In this document: positions 10,514 through 22,234 of the stretch, piece after piece | Layout of the letters: each line of letters starts with the position of its first letter | How positions within the stretch are numbered: the first letter of the stretch is position 1 | Assembly (NCBI GenBank): GCA_963703345.1 | Contig: OY969814.1 | Coordinates: 2,112,001 to 2,176,000 of the forward strand | Reading direction: 5' to 3' | Source: an uncultured Chloroflexia bacterium | GTDB taxonomy: Bacteria; Chloroflexota; Dehalococcoidia; DSTF01; JALHUB01 | Length of the DNA stretch: 64,000 nucleotides | Notes under the pieces: model-generated | What the model was told of the DNA's origin: nothing | The model's database searches: none | Seen by the model: only the letters and a program-made list of their open reading frames with translations | Translations under genes and position numbers: made by a program

Positions 10514-11821
10514 ATGCGCAACCCTTCCCAGACGGCTGAGCCGGAAACAGTAGATGAGCAGATGCCGCGCGAGCCCGCGTTCTTGCGGGACACGGGCCTG
10601 GACACAGGATTTATCATCGAGCTGGTGTTGAAAGCGCTCTACTACAGCGCACGCCCGACGGCCGGCGATCTTGCGGACACGCTGGCCCTCTCGCTTCCGG
10701 TGATGCAGGAGGCCCTGGCGCTGCTCACGCGCGACGGCCTTTGTGAGATCGTTGCCGGCGAAGGACAGGGACCCGCCAGCTACCGCTACCGGCTAAGCAG
10801 CCGCGGCCTGGAGCGCTCAGCCAGCGCCTTCGAGCGCAACTCTTACGTGGGGCAGGCACCGGTGCCTCTGAAAGACTACATCGCCCAGGTGCGACTTCAG
10901 TCTGCGGGCGGTAGCGGCTTCACCGCAGAGGTCGTCCAAAAGGCGCTCTCCCAGCTCGTGCTCAGCGAACACACCAGCAATCGCGTCGGACGGGCGATAT
11001 CCTCCGGCCGGCCGACGCTTATCTACGGCCCTTCGGGAAACGGCAAGACAACAATTGCACACCTGCTCGGCCAGGCGCTTTCCGGCTATATCGCAATCCC
11101 ATACTCTCTGGAGGTATACGGCCACATCGTCCGGCTCTTCGATCCTTCAAAGCACCAGTTGGCGGAGTACGCTGAAAAGGGAAGGGACGTACGCACGCGC
11201 AGGCACGACCGTCGCTGGGCGATCACGCGGCGCCCCGCTGTGATGACGGGCGGCGAACTGACGCGTCAGGGCCTGGAGCTCGTGCTCGACGAGCGATCGA
11301 AGGTCTACGAGGCGCCGCTGCAGATGAAGGCTAACGGCGGCATCCTGATCATCGACGACTTCGGCAGGCAGCAGATACCGGCGGTGGAGCTACTGAACCG
11401 CTGGATCGTCGCGCTCGAGGGCGGCGTCGACCACCTGTCGCTGCACACGGGCCAGACAATCGAAGTGCCATTCGACGTCATTCCATTCTTCTCCACCAAC
11501 CTGCCGCCGGAATCCCTGGCGGACGAGGCATTCCTGCGTCGGATTCGCTACAAGGTGGAGATACCGGACCCCACAGACGAGGAGTTCCGGGCGATCTTCA
11601 CGCAGGTCTGCTACGACCAGAGAGTCGTTCTCCGACCCAGCGCGATCGATTACCTGTTCAAGCGCTGGTACGTGCCGCAGAAACGGGCGCTACGCGGCTG
11701 CCATCCGCGCGACTTGGTGGAGGCAATCGTCGATTCCACGCGATACAGCGACGGCGGCACGCCTACGGTAACGACACAGTCGCTGGACGAGGTCTGCCAC
11801 ACCTACTTCCTCACCGACTAA
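10514..11821 (+). CDS. Tad-locus-associated AAA-family ATPase
   Basis: Walker A GPSGNGKT, Walker B LIIDDFGRQ, STNL, DEAFLRRIRYK, LRGCHPRDL. Confidence 0.85.
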   Translation: MRNPSQTAEPETVDEQMPREPAFLRDTGLDTGFIIELVLKALYYSARPTAGDLADTLALSLPVMQEALALLTRDGLCEIVAGEGQGPASYRYRLSSRGLERSASAFERNSYVGQAPVPLKDYIAQVRLQSAGGSGFTAEVVQKALSQLVLSEHTSNRVGRAISSGRPTLIYGPSGNGKTTIAHLLGQALSGYIAIPYSLEVYGHIVRLFDPSKHQLAEYAEKGRDVRTRRHDRRWAITRRPAVMTGGELTRQGLELVLDERSKVYEAPLQMKANGGILIIDDFGRQQIPAVELLNRWIVALEGGVDHLSLHTGQTIEVPFDVIPFFSTNLPPESLADEAFLRRIRYKVEIPDPTDEEFRAIFTQVCYDQRVVLRPSAIDYLFKRWYVPQKRALRGCHPRDLVEAIVDSTRYSDGGTPTVTTQSLDEVCHTYFLTD

Positions 11822-11895
11822 AGTCCGAAACGCGCCGACAAGTCCGCTCGTTCTCGGACGGGATTCGGCCTCTCTAATGCCAAACTGTTTCCCGG

Positions 11896-12404
11896 ATGGG
11901 CGTCGATTCTAGTCAGCAGCGAGCTGCCGCCATCATTCTGTTCGCGCTGTTTAGGGGCAGGCGCCGGTCTGAAGTTCTCGTGTTGCGGGCGGCTGATCTG
12001 ACACGGAACGGCGGGAAAGTCTATTACGAATATCGTGGCAAGGGCGGCACGGTCAACCACAGGGGCTCCCCGAGCCAGTGTTCAAAGCCATTCTCAATGC
12101 CCTCGCCGCGGAAGGGAGGTCGCTCCAGGAGATGGGCGCGGGAGAGCGGCTGTTCGGAATTGGTGCGCACGGGTTCTACCTCAACCTAAGGCGACACCTG
12201 CGGAAGGCGAATCTGCCGTACACAGGCGTACACGTCCTGAGGCATTCAGCCGCGAAGCTGAGAAAAGACGCCGGGGAAGGCATTGAGCAGGTGTGGAAGT
12301 CCCTCGATCACTCTTCTCTTGCCGTCACGACGACCTAACTTCGACGGCTCGAAGGAGAGGGTGACAATAGTTGGCAGCCGGTCGCGCGGTTGCTTGAGAT
12401 GTAG
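11896..12404 (+). pseudogene. Tyrosine recombinase/integrase catalytic-domain remnant
   Basis: GRRRSEVLVL and RGKGG in one frame; frameshift near 12060; HVLRHS and LDHSSLAVTTT in the next frame, with TAA (12336-12338) at the catalytic Tyr position; frame continues LRRLEG...EM* to 12404. Confidence 0.8.
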
Positions 12405-12450
12405 GTTCCTGAATCTTCCTCGCTGGTTCCCTCTGCGCGGTCGCGGATGT

Positions 12451-12816
12451 CTAAGCAGCAGCAGCTCCATCTTCTCGCTTGCGGGTACGCGACAAGTCGC
12501 GGAAGCGCTTATCAACCGCGGCCCGAGTTCGCCGCAGCTTCGCCTCTCCGTTGGGCCCGACCGGTAGCGACCAGTCGTCCGCCGCTCTTGACCGTTTGCG
12601 ACGATGCTTGCGCGCCACGTGGAGATCGAGCAGGCCTTGAGTTTCAGCAACGTCCGGCACTCCCTCCTCTGCTGAGAGAGAGCGAGGATCAACCTCCTCA
12701 TCCGAGGACAACGGTAAGCCCTCGCTGCCAACCTCGTCCTCGTTGACCTGAATCATGCGCTTCAGAGCCCACGCGCTCAATGCCATGACTGTCGCCAATG
12801 CCAGGAGTCTGCGCAT
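12451..12816 (-). CDS. Small hypothetical membrane-anchored/secreted protein
   Basis: MRRLLALATVMALSAWAL N-terminus; GCCGATAA motif 26 nt upstream; C-terminal half may be spurious. Confidence 0.4.
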   Translation of the reverse strand: MRRLLALATVMALSAWALKRMIQVNEDEVGSEGLPLSSDEEVDPRSLSAEEGVPDVAETQGLLDLHVARKHRRKRSRAADDWSLPVGPNGEAKLRRTRAAVDKRFRDLSRTRKREDGAAAA

Positions 12817-12883
12817 TTCTTCGCCCCCGCGTGCCAATTAGATTATCGGCAGGCAACGGCCATTAGGAGACATTATTAGGCGT

Positions 12884-12910
12884 GGGGTGCCAATATTCCA
12901 TCCGTATCTG
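12884..12910. repeat. 27-bp direct repeat, copy 1
   Basis: GGGGTGCCAATA-ttcca-TCCGTATCTG; both arms identical to the copy at 18612-18638. Confidence 0.75.
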
Positions 12911-13311
12911 GGAGAGCGGCGAGTGGCAAACCAGGACCGCCAAATGCCGGCAGAGGAGCGCAAACCTTCTGCCTAGAAAGCATCTGCGCCTGAGCGCTGT
13001 GCAACAGAATCAGCACCCCTGAGCGAAAACGCGGAGGTTATCATCTGGAACGGCCCAGGTTCCTTGCGGTCGGCATCGGGACGCCGGCTCTGGCGGCGAT
13101 GCCCTCGAGAACGAGTACAACGGGTTGCTGGCGGGCCGCTGCTCTACCTCTGAGCTACGCTGGCCCGAATGAAAGCATAGCCAACCGCCGGAGGGAATCA
13201 AACGCTGGCCAGGACCCGAAAGACACGCGGAGGGCCAGGAGTCTTTGCTTTGGCGGCCCACGGCCCTCCAACTGACGACGAGGGACTAGTCGTGCTTGGT
13301 TAGCCTGCCTA

Positions 13312-13821
13312 CTACGGCTGCTCCGTCTGCGTCGGCGTCGGCGTTGGCTCGTTGTTGTGCGACTTCGGGCCGTGCGGCTTCACGGCCTGACACGGAACAT
13401 TCACCTGCTTGCCCGACGGCACAATTTTGATTACCGTCTCGCCCTTGTCACAAACGCCGTCGCCGTTCTCAGGATGCTTGCTCGGATTGCTGTCGGGTAT
13501 CCCGACAACGTCGCGCTGGCCCTCGCCCGGAGTGGGCGTCGCCGTGTTGGTCGGCGTCGGCGTGTAGGTGTTAGCCGGCGTCGCCGTGTCCGTAGGCGTC
13601 GGCGTCGCGGTGTCCGTAGGCGTGGCCGTCGCCTCGTCAACCGCAATCGATTCGGCAGAGGGAGTCTCCGCCTGGCCGACCACTTGCGACGTGCCTCTGT
13701 CCACCCCCCGGAAGACGCTGTCCTGGGAAGCGAACGTCGCGGCGCTGCCGCTGGACAGAGCTGCCACCACGACCAATGCGATTGCCTTGTGCTTCATCGC
13801 TAGAATCAGCAAACTTCTCAT
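13312..13821 (-). CDS. Secreted Pro/Thr-rich protein with small C-terminal Cys-pair domain
   Basis: RBS AAGGAGG, signal-peptide-like N-terminus, TPTDTATP repeats, C-terminal domain with two Cys. Confidence 0.75.
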   Translation of the reverse strand: MRSLLILAMKHKAIALVVVAALSSGSAATFASQDSVFRGVDRGTSQVVGQAETPSAESIAVDEATATPTDTATPTPTDTATPANTYTPTPTNTATPTPGEGQRDVVGIPDSNPSKHPENGDGVCDKGETVIKIVPSGKQVNVPCQAVKPHGPKSHNNEPTPTPTQTEQP

Positions 13822-14188
13822 ACTTCCTCCTTGCGAAAGCAGCGTTTTCTGGCGAGGGTCTACTGAATCAATCGGCACAAAGGCGGGGATCTGTGCCCCA
13901 ACGGCCCGGCTTTTCGCGTCGCCTTGCTTCTCTTCTCACCAGCCATATTGAGTTGCGAGCGGCAACGCTCTGACTAGTATAGGATAGTCGGAATCCGATC
14001 GCAATGCCTCGACGCGCTCGAGAATCCCGCACCACAGATAGATGAAAAACAGGTCCACCGCGACGGCGTCGGCCGCCGCAGTCGCCGTGGGCGCCGGGGG
14101 CAAGCCTCATCTCTATCGGCATTGTGCAACAGGCCGCGTGAGAACAATCGGCGGTCAGAGTCTGGAGAGTGAATTCTGTCTGTTGTTC

Positions 14189-14226
14189 TGGTGGGCGATG
14201 CAGGGCTCGAACCTGCGGCCTTCTGG
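14189..14226 (-). mobile_element. tRNA 3'-end fragment (Val-like), probable integration (att) scar
   Basis: Minus strand reads AGAAGGCCGCAGGTTCGAGCCCTGCATCGCCCACCA: intact T-arm, 3' acceptor strand and CCA, but no 5' half upstream. Confidence 0.7.
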
Positions 14227-14303
14227 GTGATAGGCAGGCGGATTCCGGCCGGAATCCCTCTGCCTGAGTTGTGCGTTGCGGCTTGTCGCTGGAGCGCTAT
14301 CGC

Positions 14304-16265
14304 TTAGTGGGTGCAGCGGCGACCAAGCTGCTGGGCGATCATGATCAGATCGGTGTTATTCACCTTTGCATCGTGGTTTATGTCGTAGAGCGGGCTCGTG
14401 CTTCCGCGCATGATGGCTCGAGCCTCGATGAGAACGTCAGCCATCGTTACCTTCCCGTTTCCGTTCACGTGGCCGCAATGGATGATCGGCGTGCGCGCGC
14501 TTGTTGCCGTAGCTGGCCTCGTCGGTGTCGGAGTTATCGTTGGCGGTACTGGAGTGGGCGTTAGGGTCGCAGTTGGAGGGGGCGTAGCGGTCGGCGTTGC
14601 CGTAGGCGCGCTTGTTGCCGTAGCTGTCCTCGTCGGTGTCGGAGTTATCGTTGGCGGTACTGGAGTGGGCGTTAGGGTCGCAGTCGGAGGGGGCGTAGCG
14701 GTCGGCGTTGCCGTAGGCGCGCTTGTTGCCGTGGCTGTCCTCGTCGGTGTCGGAGTTACCGTTGGCGGTACTGGAGTGGGCGTTAGGGTCGCAGTTGGAG
14801 GGGGCGTAGCGGTCGGCGTTGCCGTAGGCGCGCTTGTTGCCGTAGCTGTTCGTGTACTAGTCGGAGATGGCGTGCGGCTGGGGATCGACGTGGCTGAGCT
14901 TGTCGAGGTCGGCGTTGGGCTGGGCGTAAGCGTACTGGTCGCCGACGCCGTGGGCGAGGGCGTGACGTCCGGCGACGCAGGAACGTCAACATAGTAAGCA
15001 TAGGTTTCGATGGCGCACTCGCCGTAGCCGATCTTGAAATAGCCGTCGCCGTTCCAGGTGCTGCCCCAGCTATTCTTGACGATCCAGTAGCCGCCGGCGT
15101 CGTCGTAGCCCGTGATTACGACGGCGTGGTTGGCGCCGGTGTCGTTGGTGCAGTGATAGACGCCCTGAGCGTCGAAGGCGCCGCCGTATCCGCCGCCGAC
15201 TCCGATGGCAACCACCAGTGGTCCCTTGTCGACGAGCGTCTGCTTCATCTGATCGGCGGGAACGGCGGTGACGGCGTTTATCTTCACCGACCGGCTCTGG
15301 TAGTCGTTGCAGCGATTGGAGCAGGTGGCGTTGCTGCAGGCGCTGCCGGTGTGATAGGTGCAGCCGGTACCGCAGCTCGTGCCGCAGGAGCAGCTGGACT
15401 GGTTGACGTAAGGCAGGCAGGCTTCGTCCGGTACTCCGTTGTCACGGACGTAAGAGAGAGCGCTGACGTAGTCGCCGCCGCAGCAGTTGCCGTAGGAACC
15501 CATGGAGTAGCAATCGGAGACGAGGTATTCCTCCGAGAGATCGAGGCTAAGGTTAGGGTTGCCGCTCGCGATGTTGTAGGTCCCTTCGGTGACGCCGGCT
15601 GAGGCGAAGGCCCAGCAAGAGCCGCAGCCGCCCTGGTTCTTGACGCTGGTCATCCAGTTCTGACCGTTCTGGTTGCGCCAGTCGAAGGAGGCGGGAGTTG
15701 AGACGATGATGTCGTTTTGCTGGCCGGAGGGGGCCGGGCTCTGAAGGGAGGGGACGCTGCTCCGGGTCGCCTTCTTGCTCAGGTCCATCATGCCGTTGAC
15801 GGAGCCGACATCCTGCTTGCTGTCACGTTTGACGCACTCGGCGTAGTCCTTGGAGAGCGAGCCGCCAGCGCCGTGTTTGGTGACGACGTCGAGTCCCTGC
15901 TTGGCGCAGTAGGAATACTGCTTGCCGCACTCGCCGTTGAGGAAGCTCCACTCCTCGCAACTGCTGCCGTCGGGAAAGACGCAGGTGCCTTGCTCGCTGC
16001 CGTCGGCGCTGCTGGTGATGCGATAGTCGTAGCCGAGGTCCTTGCAGTAGGTTGCGGCGGGGTTTGCCATGCCGAGGCGGTCGCCGTTGTTGCTGCCGCC
16101 GCCGCAAGTGGCCGGCGCCTGGCTGGAGAAGTCTTGCGCGGTCGCCTGTTCAGGGGAGGCCGAATCGCCGGAAGATTCTCCGCCAGCGTGTCCAAGGATT
16201 ATCCAGGATACGACGAGGACCGCGATAACCGCAGCTAGTGTCGCAACCGACAGCTTGTAACGCAT
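14304..16265 (-). CDS. Secreted papain-like (C1A) cysteine peptidase with DUF333-like domain, Pro/Thr linker and C-terminal dockerin-like domain
   Basis: ANPAATYC..LG (DUF333-like); FDWR, QGGCGSCWAF, NHAVVITGY, WIVKNSWG catalytic motifs; tail GHVNGNGKVTMAD...YDINHDAKVNNTDL; RBS GGAGG. Confidence 0.88.
   Translation of the reverse strand: MRYKLSVATLAAVIAVLVVSWIILGHAGGESSGDSASPEQATAQDFSSQAPATCGGGSNNGDRLGMANPAATYCKDLGYDYRITSSADGSEQGTCVFPDGSSCEEWSFLNGECGKQYSYCAKQGLDVVTKHGAGGSLSKDYAECVKRDSKQDVGSVNGMMDLSKKATRSSVPSLQSPAPSGQQNDIIVSTPASFDWRNQNGQNWMTSVKNQGGCGSCWAFASAGVTEGTYNIASGNPNLSLDLSEEYLVSDCYSMGSYGNCCGGDYVSALSYVRDNGVPDEACLPYVNQSSCSCGTSCGTGCTYHTGSACSNATCSNRCNDYQSRSVKINAVTAVPADQMKQTLVDKGPLVVAIGVGGGYGGAFDAQGVYHCTNDTGANHAVVITGYDDAGGYWIVKNSWGSTWNGDGYFKIGYGECAIETYAYYVDVPASPDVTPSPTASATSTLTPSPTPTSTSSATSIPSRTPSPTSTRTATATSAPTATPTATPPPTATLTPTPVPPTVTPTPTRTATATSAPTATPTATPPPTATLTPTPVPPTITPTPTRTATATSAPTATPTATPPPTATLTPTPVPPTITPTPTRPATATSARTPIIHCGHVNGNGKVTMADVLIEARAIMRGSTSPLYDINHDAKVNNTDLIMIAQQLGRRCTH
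14495..14852. repeat. About 3 x 120-bp (40-aa) tandem repeat in the protease linker
   Basis: Lines 14521, 14641 and 14761 repeat with a 120-bp period (TATATSAPTATPTATPPPTATLTPTPVPPTITPTPTR). Confidence 0.9.
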
Positions 16266-16443
16266 TGATCCACCTCCCGATTTCCGACAAGATGGTCCCC
16301 TGTTAGACTTATCGACAAGTCGGCGGCAAAAGGTTGGGCGGAACCCTGTGGGGGCCAAGAATCTCATCCGAATCTGACTGATTGACCGAAGACGGCGTCC
16401 GGGCGAGCCTTACCGCATCCGTCCTGAAGGAGGCCGCGCCTTG

Positions 16444-16484
16444 GGGGGAATTGGATAACGACGCGTCTTCACGCGTTCTGCACA
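16444..16484 (+). repeat. 41-bp direct repeat, copy 1 (upstream of a promoter)
   Basis: GGGGGAATTGGATAACGACGCGTCTTCACGCGTTCTGCACA; 39/41 identical to 16891-16931. Confidence 0.9.
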
Positions 16485-16504
16485 TTATTAAAACGAGCCG
16501 TTAC

Positions 16505-16533
16505 TTGACAAGCCAATAAGGGGACACTAGTAT
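16505..16533 (+). promoter_or_regulatory. Sigma70-type promoter
   Basis: TTGACA, 17-nt spacer, TAGTAT. Confidence 0.6.
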
Positions 16534-16890
16534 TATGTTTGGTGGCGGGGCACATGTCGGAGCAAGGATGCACCCTCAGGAAAGCCCCCAGTAATCTAGT
16601 CGACTCCTTTTGCCTCGTTAGGCACGCTGGATCGTTTGGACGTGGTCATGGCGTGGTTGTTGTTCTCATTCCATTTTGCCGGCGCCGGCGATATCGGTTT
16701 CGTTGGCGATGAAGCGCTCGCTCACTTCAGCGGGCGATCCCCGGCTCCATTCCTCTCCATGCCAGCCTCGTCTTGACGATCACGGTGCGCGGAGCTGACA
16801 GTAGCGTCTCCCCGCGGGAGCAGCTCGCAAGGAAACCGCGGTGGGGTCATCTAGCTGACTTAAGGAAGACTGGCGCTGTTCGCCACCGCC

Positions 16891-16931
16891 GGGGGAATTG
16901 GATAACGACACGTCTTCACGCGTTCCGCACA
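16891..16931 (+). repeat. 41-bp direct repeat, copy 2 (upstream of a second putative promoter)
   Basis: GGGGGAATTGGATAACGACACGTCTTCACGCGTTCCGCACA; followed by TTGCAC, 16-nt spacer, TATTGT (16957-16984). Confidence 0.9.
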
Positions 16932-17208
16932 CGATTTGCGGCACGACTCACGATTATTGCACAAACCGCCGGTACTGTTATTGTGGTTGTTCTTTACTCC
17001 GGCAGGCCCCAGGGGTTTCGTGGGGGCCAAACCGGCGGGCCATTCCAGCTTCGAAAGAGGAGGTGCACTGACGAACTAACCATTATCCACTGAACTCCGG
17101 CCAGGTTCTTTCGCCAGACGTCTTCGTTGCTCTGCGACAGGAGGTCGCGGCGGAAGGACCGGGGACTGCGGCCTGGAGAATGCCGCGCCAACGCAAGGAG
17201 GGTAAGAC

Positions 17209-18504
17209 ATGAAGTACAACAAGGATGACCGCAGCCCGAGGCGCGCTGCACGGGTCATCGGAAGACGGGGAGGAGCCGCTCTGGCCCTGGCGATGGGCCT
17301 GGCGCTGATCGCAGGGATGGTCATTTGGTCCCCCTGGGCTGGGGCAACCGGTTCGGGCCCCCTCCATGGCATCAGCTTCCTCAAGGGCTGCGCCGGTCCG
17401 ACAAACGTGGGTGACCCGTACACCTGCTCGTTCTCAATTACGAACACTGCCGACGAGGCCCAGGACACCCTGACCATCACAGTCGTAGATGACTTAGTGC
17501 ATGCTACTGGCGGCGACGCTGATTCGGGCAACTTGCTGCCGGGCGCAAGTCTCACCTTCGGCTTGAACGGCACCGCATCCTGCAACGTCGGCCAGACGCT
17601 CTGCACGCTTCCCTTCGGCTCGTCTATCACCTTCACGCAGACAGCGAACCTCTACATCGTCAAGGCCACCGATCCGAACCCCTTGACCGACACGGCGAAC
17701 TTGACGTGGCAGGACAAATGCGACAAGGGCGCTACAAACTGTCCGCTGGGAGACCAGACCGCGTCCAGCGGCTCTCAGTCGCCGCTGCAGACGCCGACGT
17801 TCACGCCTACGAACACGCCGACGAATACGCCGACGAACACACCCACAAACACGCCGACGAATACGCCGACAAACACACCGACGAACACGCCGACGAACAC
17901 GCCGACGAACACGCCGACGATCACGCCGACAAACACGCCGACGATCACGAACACGCCGACGAACACACCGACTAACACGCCGACGATCACGAACACGCCG
18001 ACGAACACGCCGACGAACACGCCGACGATCACGCCGACGTCGACCAACACGCCCGCGCTCGGGTGTGCCCTCAGCCCCGGCTTCTGGAAGGGCAGCGCAG
18101 CTAACCAGGCATTGTGGGATAGCCCCACGGATCCGATCGCCATAGCAGCCGGATTCTATGGTGGGCTAACCTTCCCGAAGACCAGTCTGACGTACCTCCA
18201 CGTGATGCAGCTGCCCAAGGGGGGCGACGTCACTATCCAGCTCGCCTTCAAGTACATCGCGGCTCGGCTGAATGTCGCCGACGGCCTTACGAATCCTGCG
18301 TACTTGTCTGGGCTACTGGATCAGATTCTGAAGCCAAGTGGCGCGCCACCAATGACGGGATCAGCTTGCAGCGGTGGCTTCTTGTGCACCAACCCCGTAG
18401 GCAGCAATCCTGGCACCATCGCCGCTGCGGTTGGGAAGATCCTCCTCGGCCAGATCGACAACTACTTCTCAACGGTTGGCGAGACCGGCTGCCCTAGCAG
18501 CTAG
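17209..18504 (+). CDS. Secreted two-domain protein with a (TNTP)n linker
   Basis: RBS AAGGAGG, signal/TM segment, Cys-containing beta-rich N-terminal domain, about 20 TNTP/TITP units, C-terminal domain starting [10 protein letters not shown]. Confidence 0.85.
   Translation: MKYNKDDRSPRRAARVIGRRGGAALALAMGLALIAGMVIWSPWAGATGSGPLHGISFLKGCAGPTNVGDPYTCSFSITNTADEAQDTLTITVVDDLVHATGGDADSGNLLPGASLTFGLNGTASCNVGQTLCTLPFGSSITFTQTANLYIVKATDPNPLTDTANLTWQDKCDKGATNCPLGDQTASSGSQSPLQTPTFTPTNTPTNTPTNTPTNTPTNTPTNTPTNTPTNTPTNTPTITPTNTPTITNTPTNTPTNTPTITNTPTNTPTNTPTITPTSTNTPALGCALSPGFWKGSAANQALWDSPTDPIAIAAGFYGGLTFPKTSLTYLHVMQLPKGGDVTIQLAFKYIAARLNVADGLTNPAYLSGLLDQILKPSGAPPMTGSACSGGFLCTNPVGSNPGTIAAAVGKILLGQIDNYFSTVGETGCPSS
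17805..18053. repeat. 12-bp coding tandem repeat (ACGAACACGCCG variants)
   Basis: Directly visible; encodes TNTP. Confidence 0.9.
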
Positions 18505-18556
18505 GCCTGATAGGACGAGGTAGAAACACAGCAGACCGAATTCTGATCAAGAAGTG

Positions 18557-18591
18557 AGGGGTGGGCCGGCGCGCGCCGGCCCACCCCTTTT
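18557..18591 (+). terminator. Rho-independent terminator
   Basis: GGGGTGGGCCGGC-GCGC-GCCGGCCCACCCC followed by TTTT. Confidence 0.85.
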
Positions 18592-18611
18592 CAGTTGCCC
18601 GCACCGGGTGA

Positions 18612-18638
18612 GGGGTGCCAATAATATGTCCGTATCTG
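18612..18638. repeat. 27-bp direct repeat, copy 2
   Basis: GGGGTGCCAATA-atatg-TCCGTATCTG. Confidence 0.75.
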
Positions 18639-18844
18639 CGTACCTCAAGCGGCCACCCACTCGTAGGACACGGAGGCCCAACAGACGGACATTACCGGGC
18701 GGGGGACCCGTCAGGCGCCGGCTGAACGACAGTCGGAGCGCTTCGGCAGGAGCCGGAGCGTTCGTCATTTCCAAACGCGGGAAAGGCGCGACTGTTTTCA
18801 AGCGAAGGTGCGGGAATCGACGGCGGACGTGAGAATCGAGGCGG

Positions 18845-19543
18845 CTAGCCGGTCGTCCGGGCCAGGCGACGCCGGCGGGCGCGCTCCAGCTCGGCGAGCT
18901 GCGAGAGCGCTTTGCGGGTGTCCGACGCGACGCGGGCACGGTCGCAGTTGCGCAGGCGGTACTTGAAGAGCCAGTACGCGAATGCGCGCATGTCGCTGTA
19001 GGCGATGGCGTCGCCCTGCGGTAAGCCTTTCTCCGCGCGGAAGCGCGTCAGCAGCTCCATTCGCCCCTTGCCGTAGATGCGCTCGCAGACCTCTTCGTCG
19101 GCCGGTCGGCAGCGGGTGGCGCACTGGGCGAAGCGCTCCTTGTGCAACTCCTCTTCGACGGCGAGCTGCAACGCCTCTTCGACGACGACGCCGTAGAGGT
19201 AGTTGAGGTAGGCGGTGTGCTTGGCGGCGCCGATGGCGCCCTTGAAGGTCGCGGCGTCGCAGTCGAGCGGCATCTGGCCGAAGAAGAGCAGCGCCTCGCG
19301 CTCTTCATCGGGGACGGCGCCGTCGAGCGAGTCGGTGAGGCGCTCGGCGAGGAGCAGCCAGTCGAAGGCTTCGCCGTCGATGAGATAGCAGTAGCGCCTG
19401 TCGCCGACGGTCTCCTCCGGCAGTTGCCAGAGGGCAACGGCGTCGAGCAGCGCGGGGAACCAGTGGGCGCCGCCGGCCAGCGCCTGGCGCAGGTGCGCGA
19501 AGGCCTCGTCGCAGCTTGGCGTGCGCTCCGGGGTGTCCTCCAT
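18845..19543 (-). CDS. Hypothetical protein downstream of secA
   Basis: RBS GAGGAGAGG before MEDTPERT; typical codon usage; YLIDGEAFDWLLLAERL, YLNYLYGVVVEEALQ, YWLFKYRL. Confidence 0.8.
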   Translation of the reverse strand: MEDTPERTPSCDEAFAHLRQALAGGAHWFPALLDAVALWQLPEETVGDRRYCYLIDGEAFDWLLLAERLTDSLDGAVPDEEREALLFFGQMPLDCDAATFKGAIGAAKHTAYLNYLYGVVVEEALQLAVEEELHKERFAQCATRCRPADEEVCERIYGKGRMELLTRFRAEKGLPQGDAIAYSDMRAFAYWLFKYRLRNCDRARVASDTRKALSQLAELERARRRRLARTTG

Positions 19544-19562
19544 CCGCCTCTCCTCGTCCACT

Positions 19563-22217
<2,655 letters not shown>

Positions 22218-22234
22218 TAGGTCCTGGTTTCTCG

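Noticed and set aside
12884-12895. Sigma-54 promoter from TTGGCAC on the minus strand of the 27-bp repeat
   Set aside because: No TTGC -12 element at the required spacing in either copy
12925-13015. c-di-GMP-I riboswitch (GGCAAAC...GCGCAAAC...CCTA)
   Set aside because: The GAAA-capped P2 stem and closing P1 are not convincing, and no credible downstream gene exists on that strand
13010-13261. Short ORFs in the accessory intergenic regions (also 16773-17093, 18547-18939, 44637-45065)
   Set aside because: No RBS, motif or typical codon pattern
14189-14265. Complete tRNA gene
   Set aside because: No D-arm, anticodon arm or complementary 5' acceptor strand; only the 3' ~37 nt match
18612-18641. 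Chromosomal dif site
   Set aside because: The left arm resembles the XerC arm, but the right arm does not resemble the conserved XerD arm TTATGTTAAAT, and there are two copies
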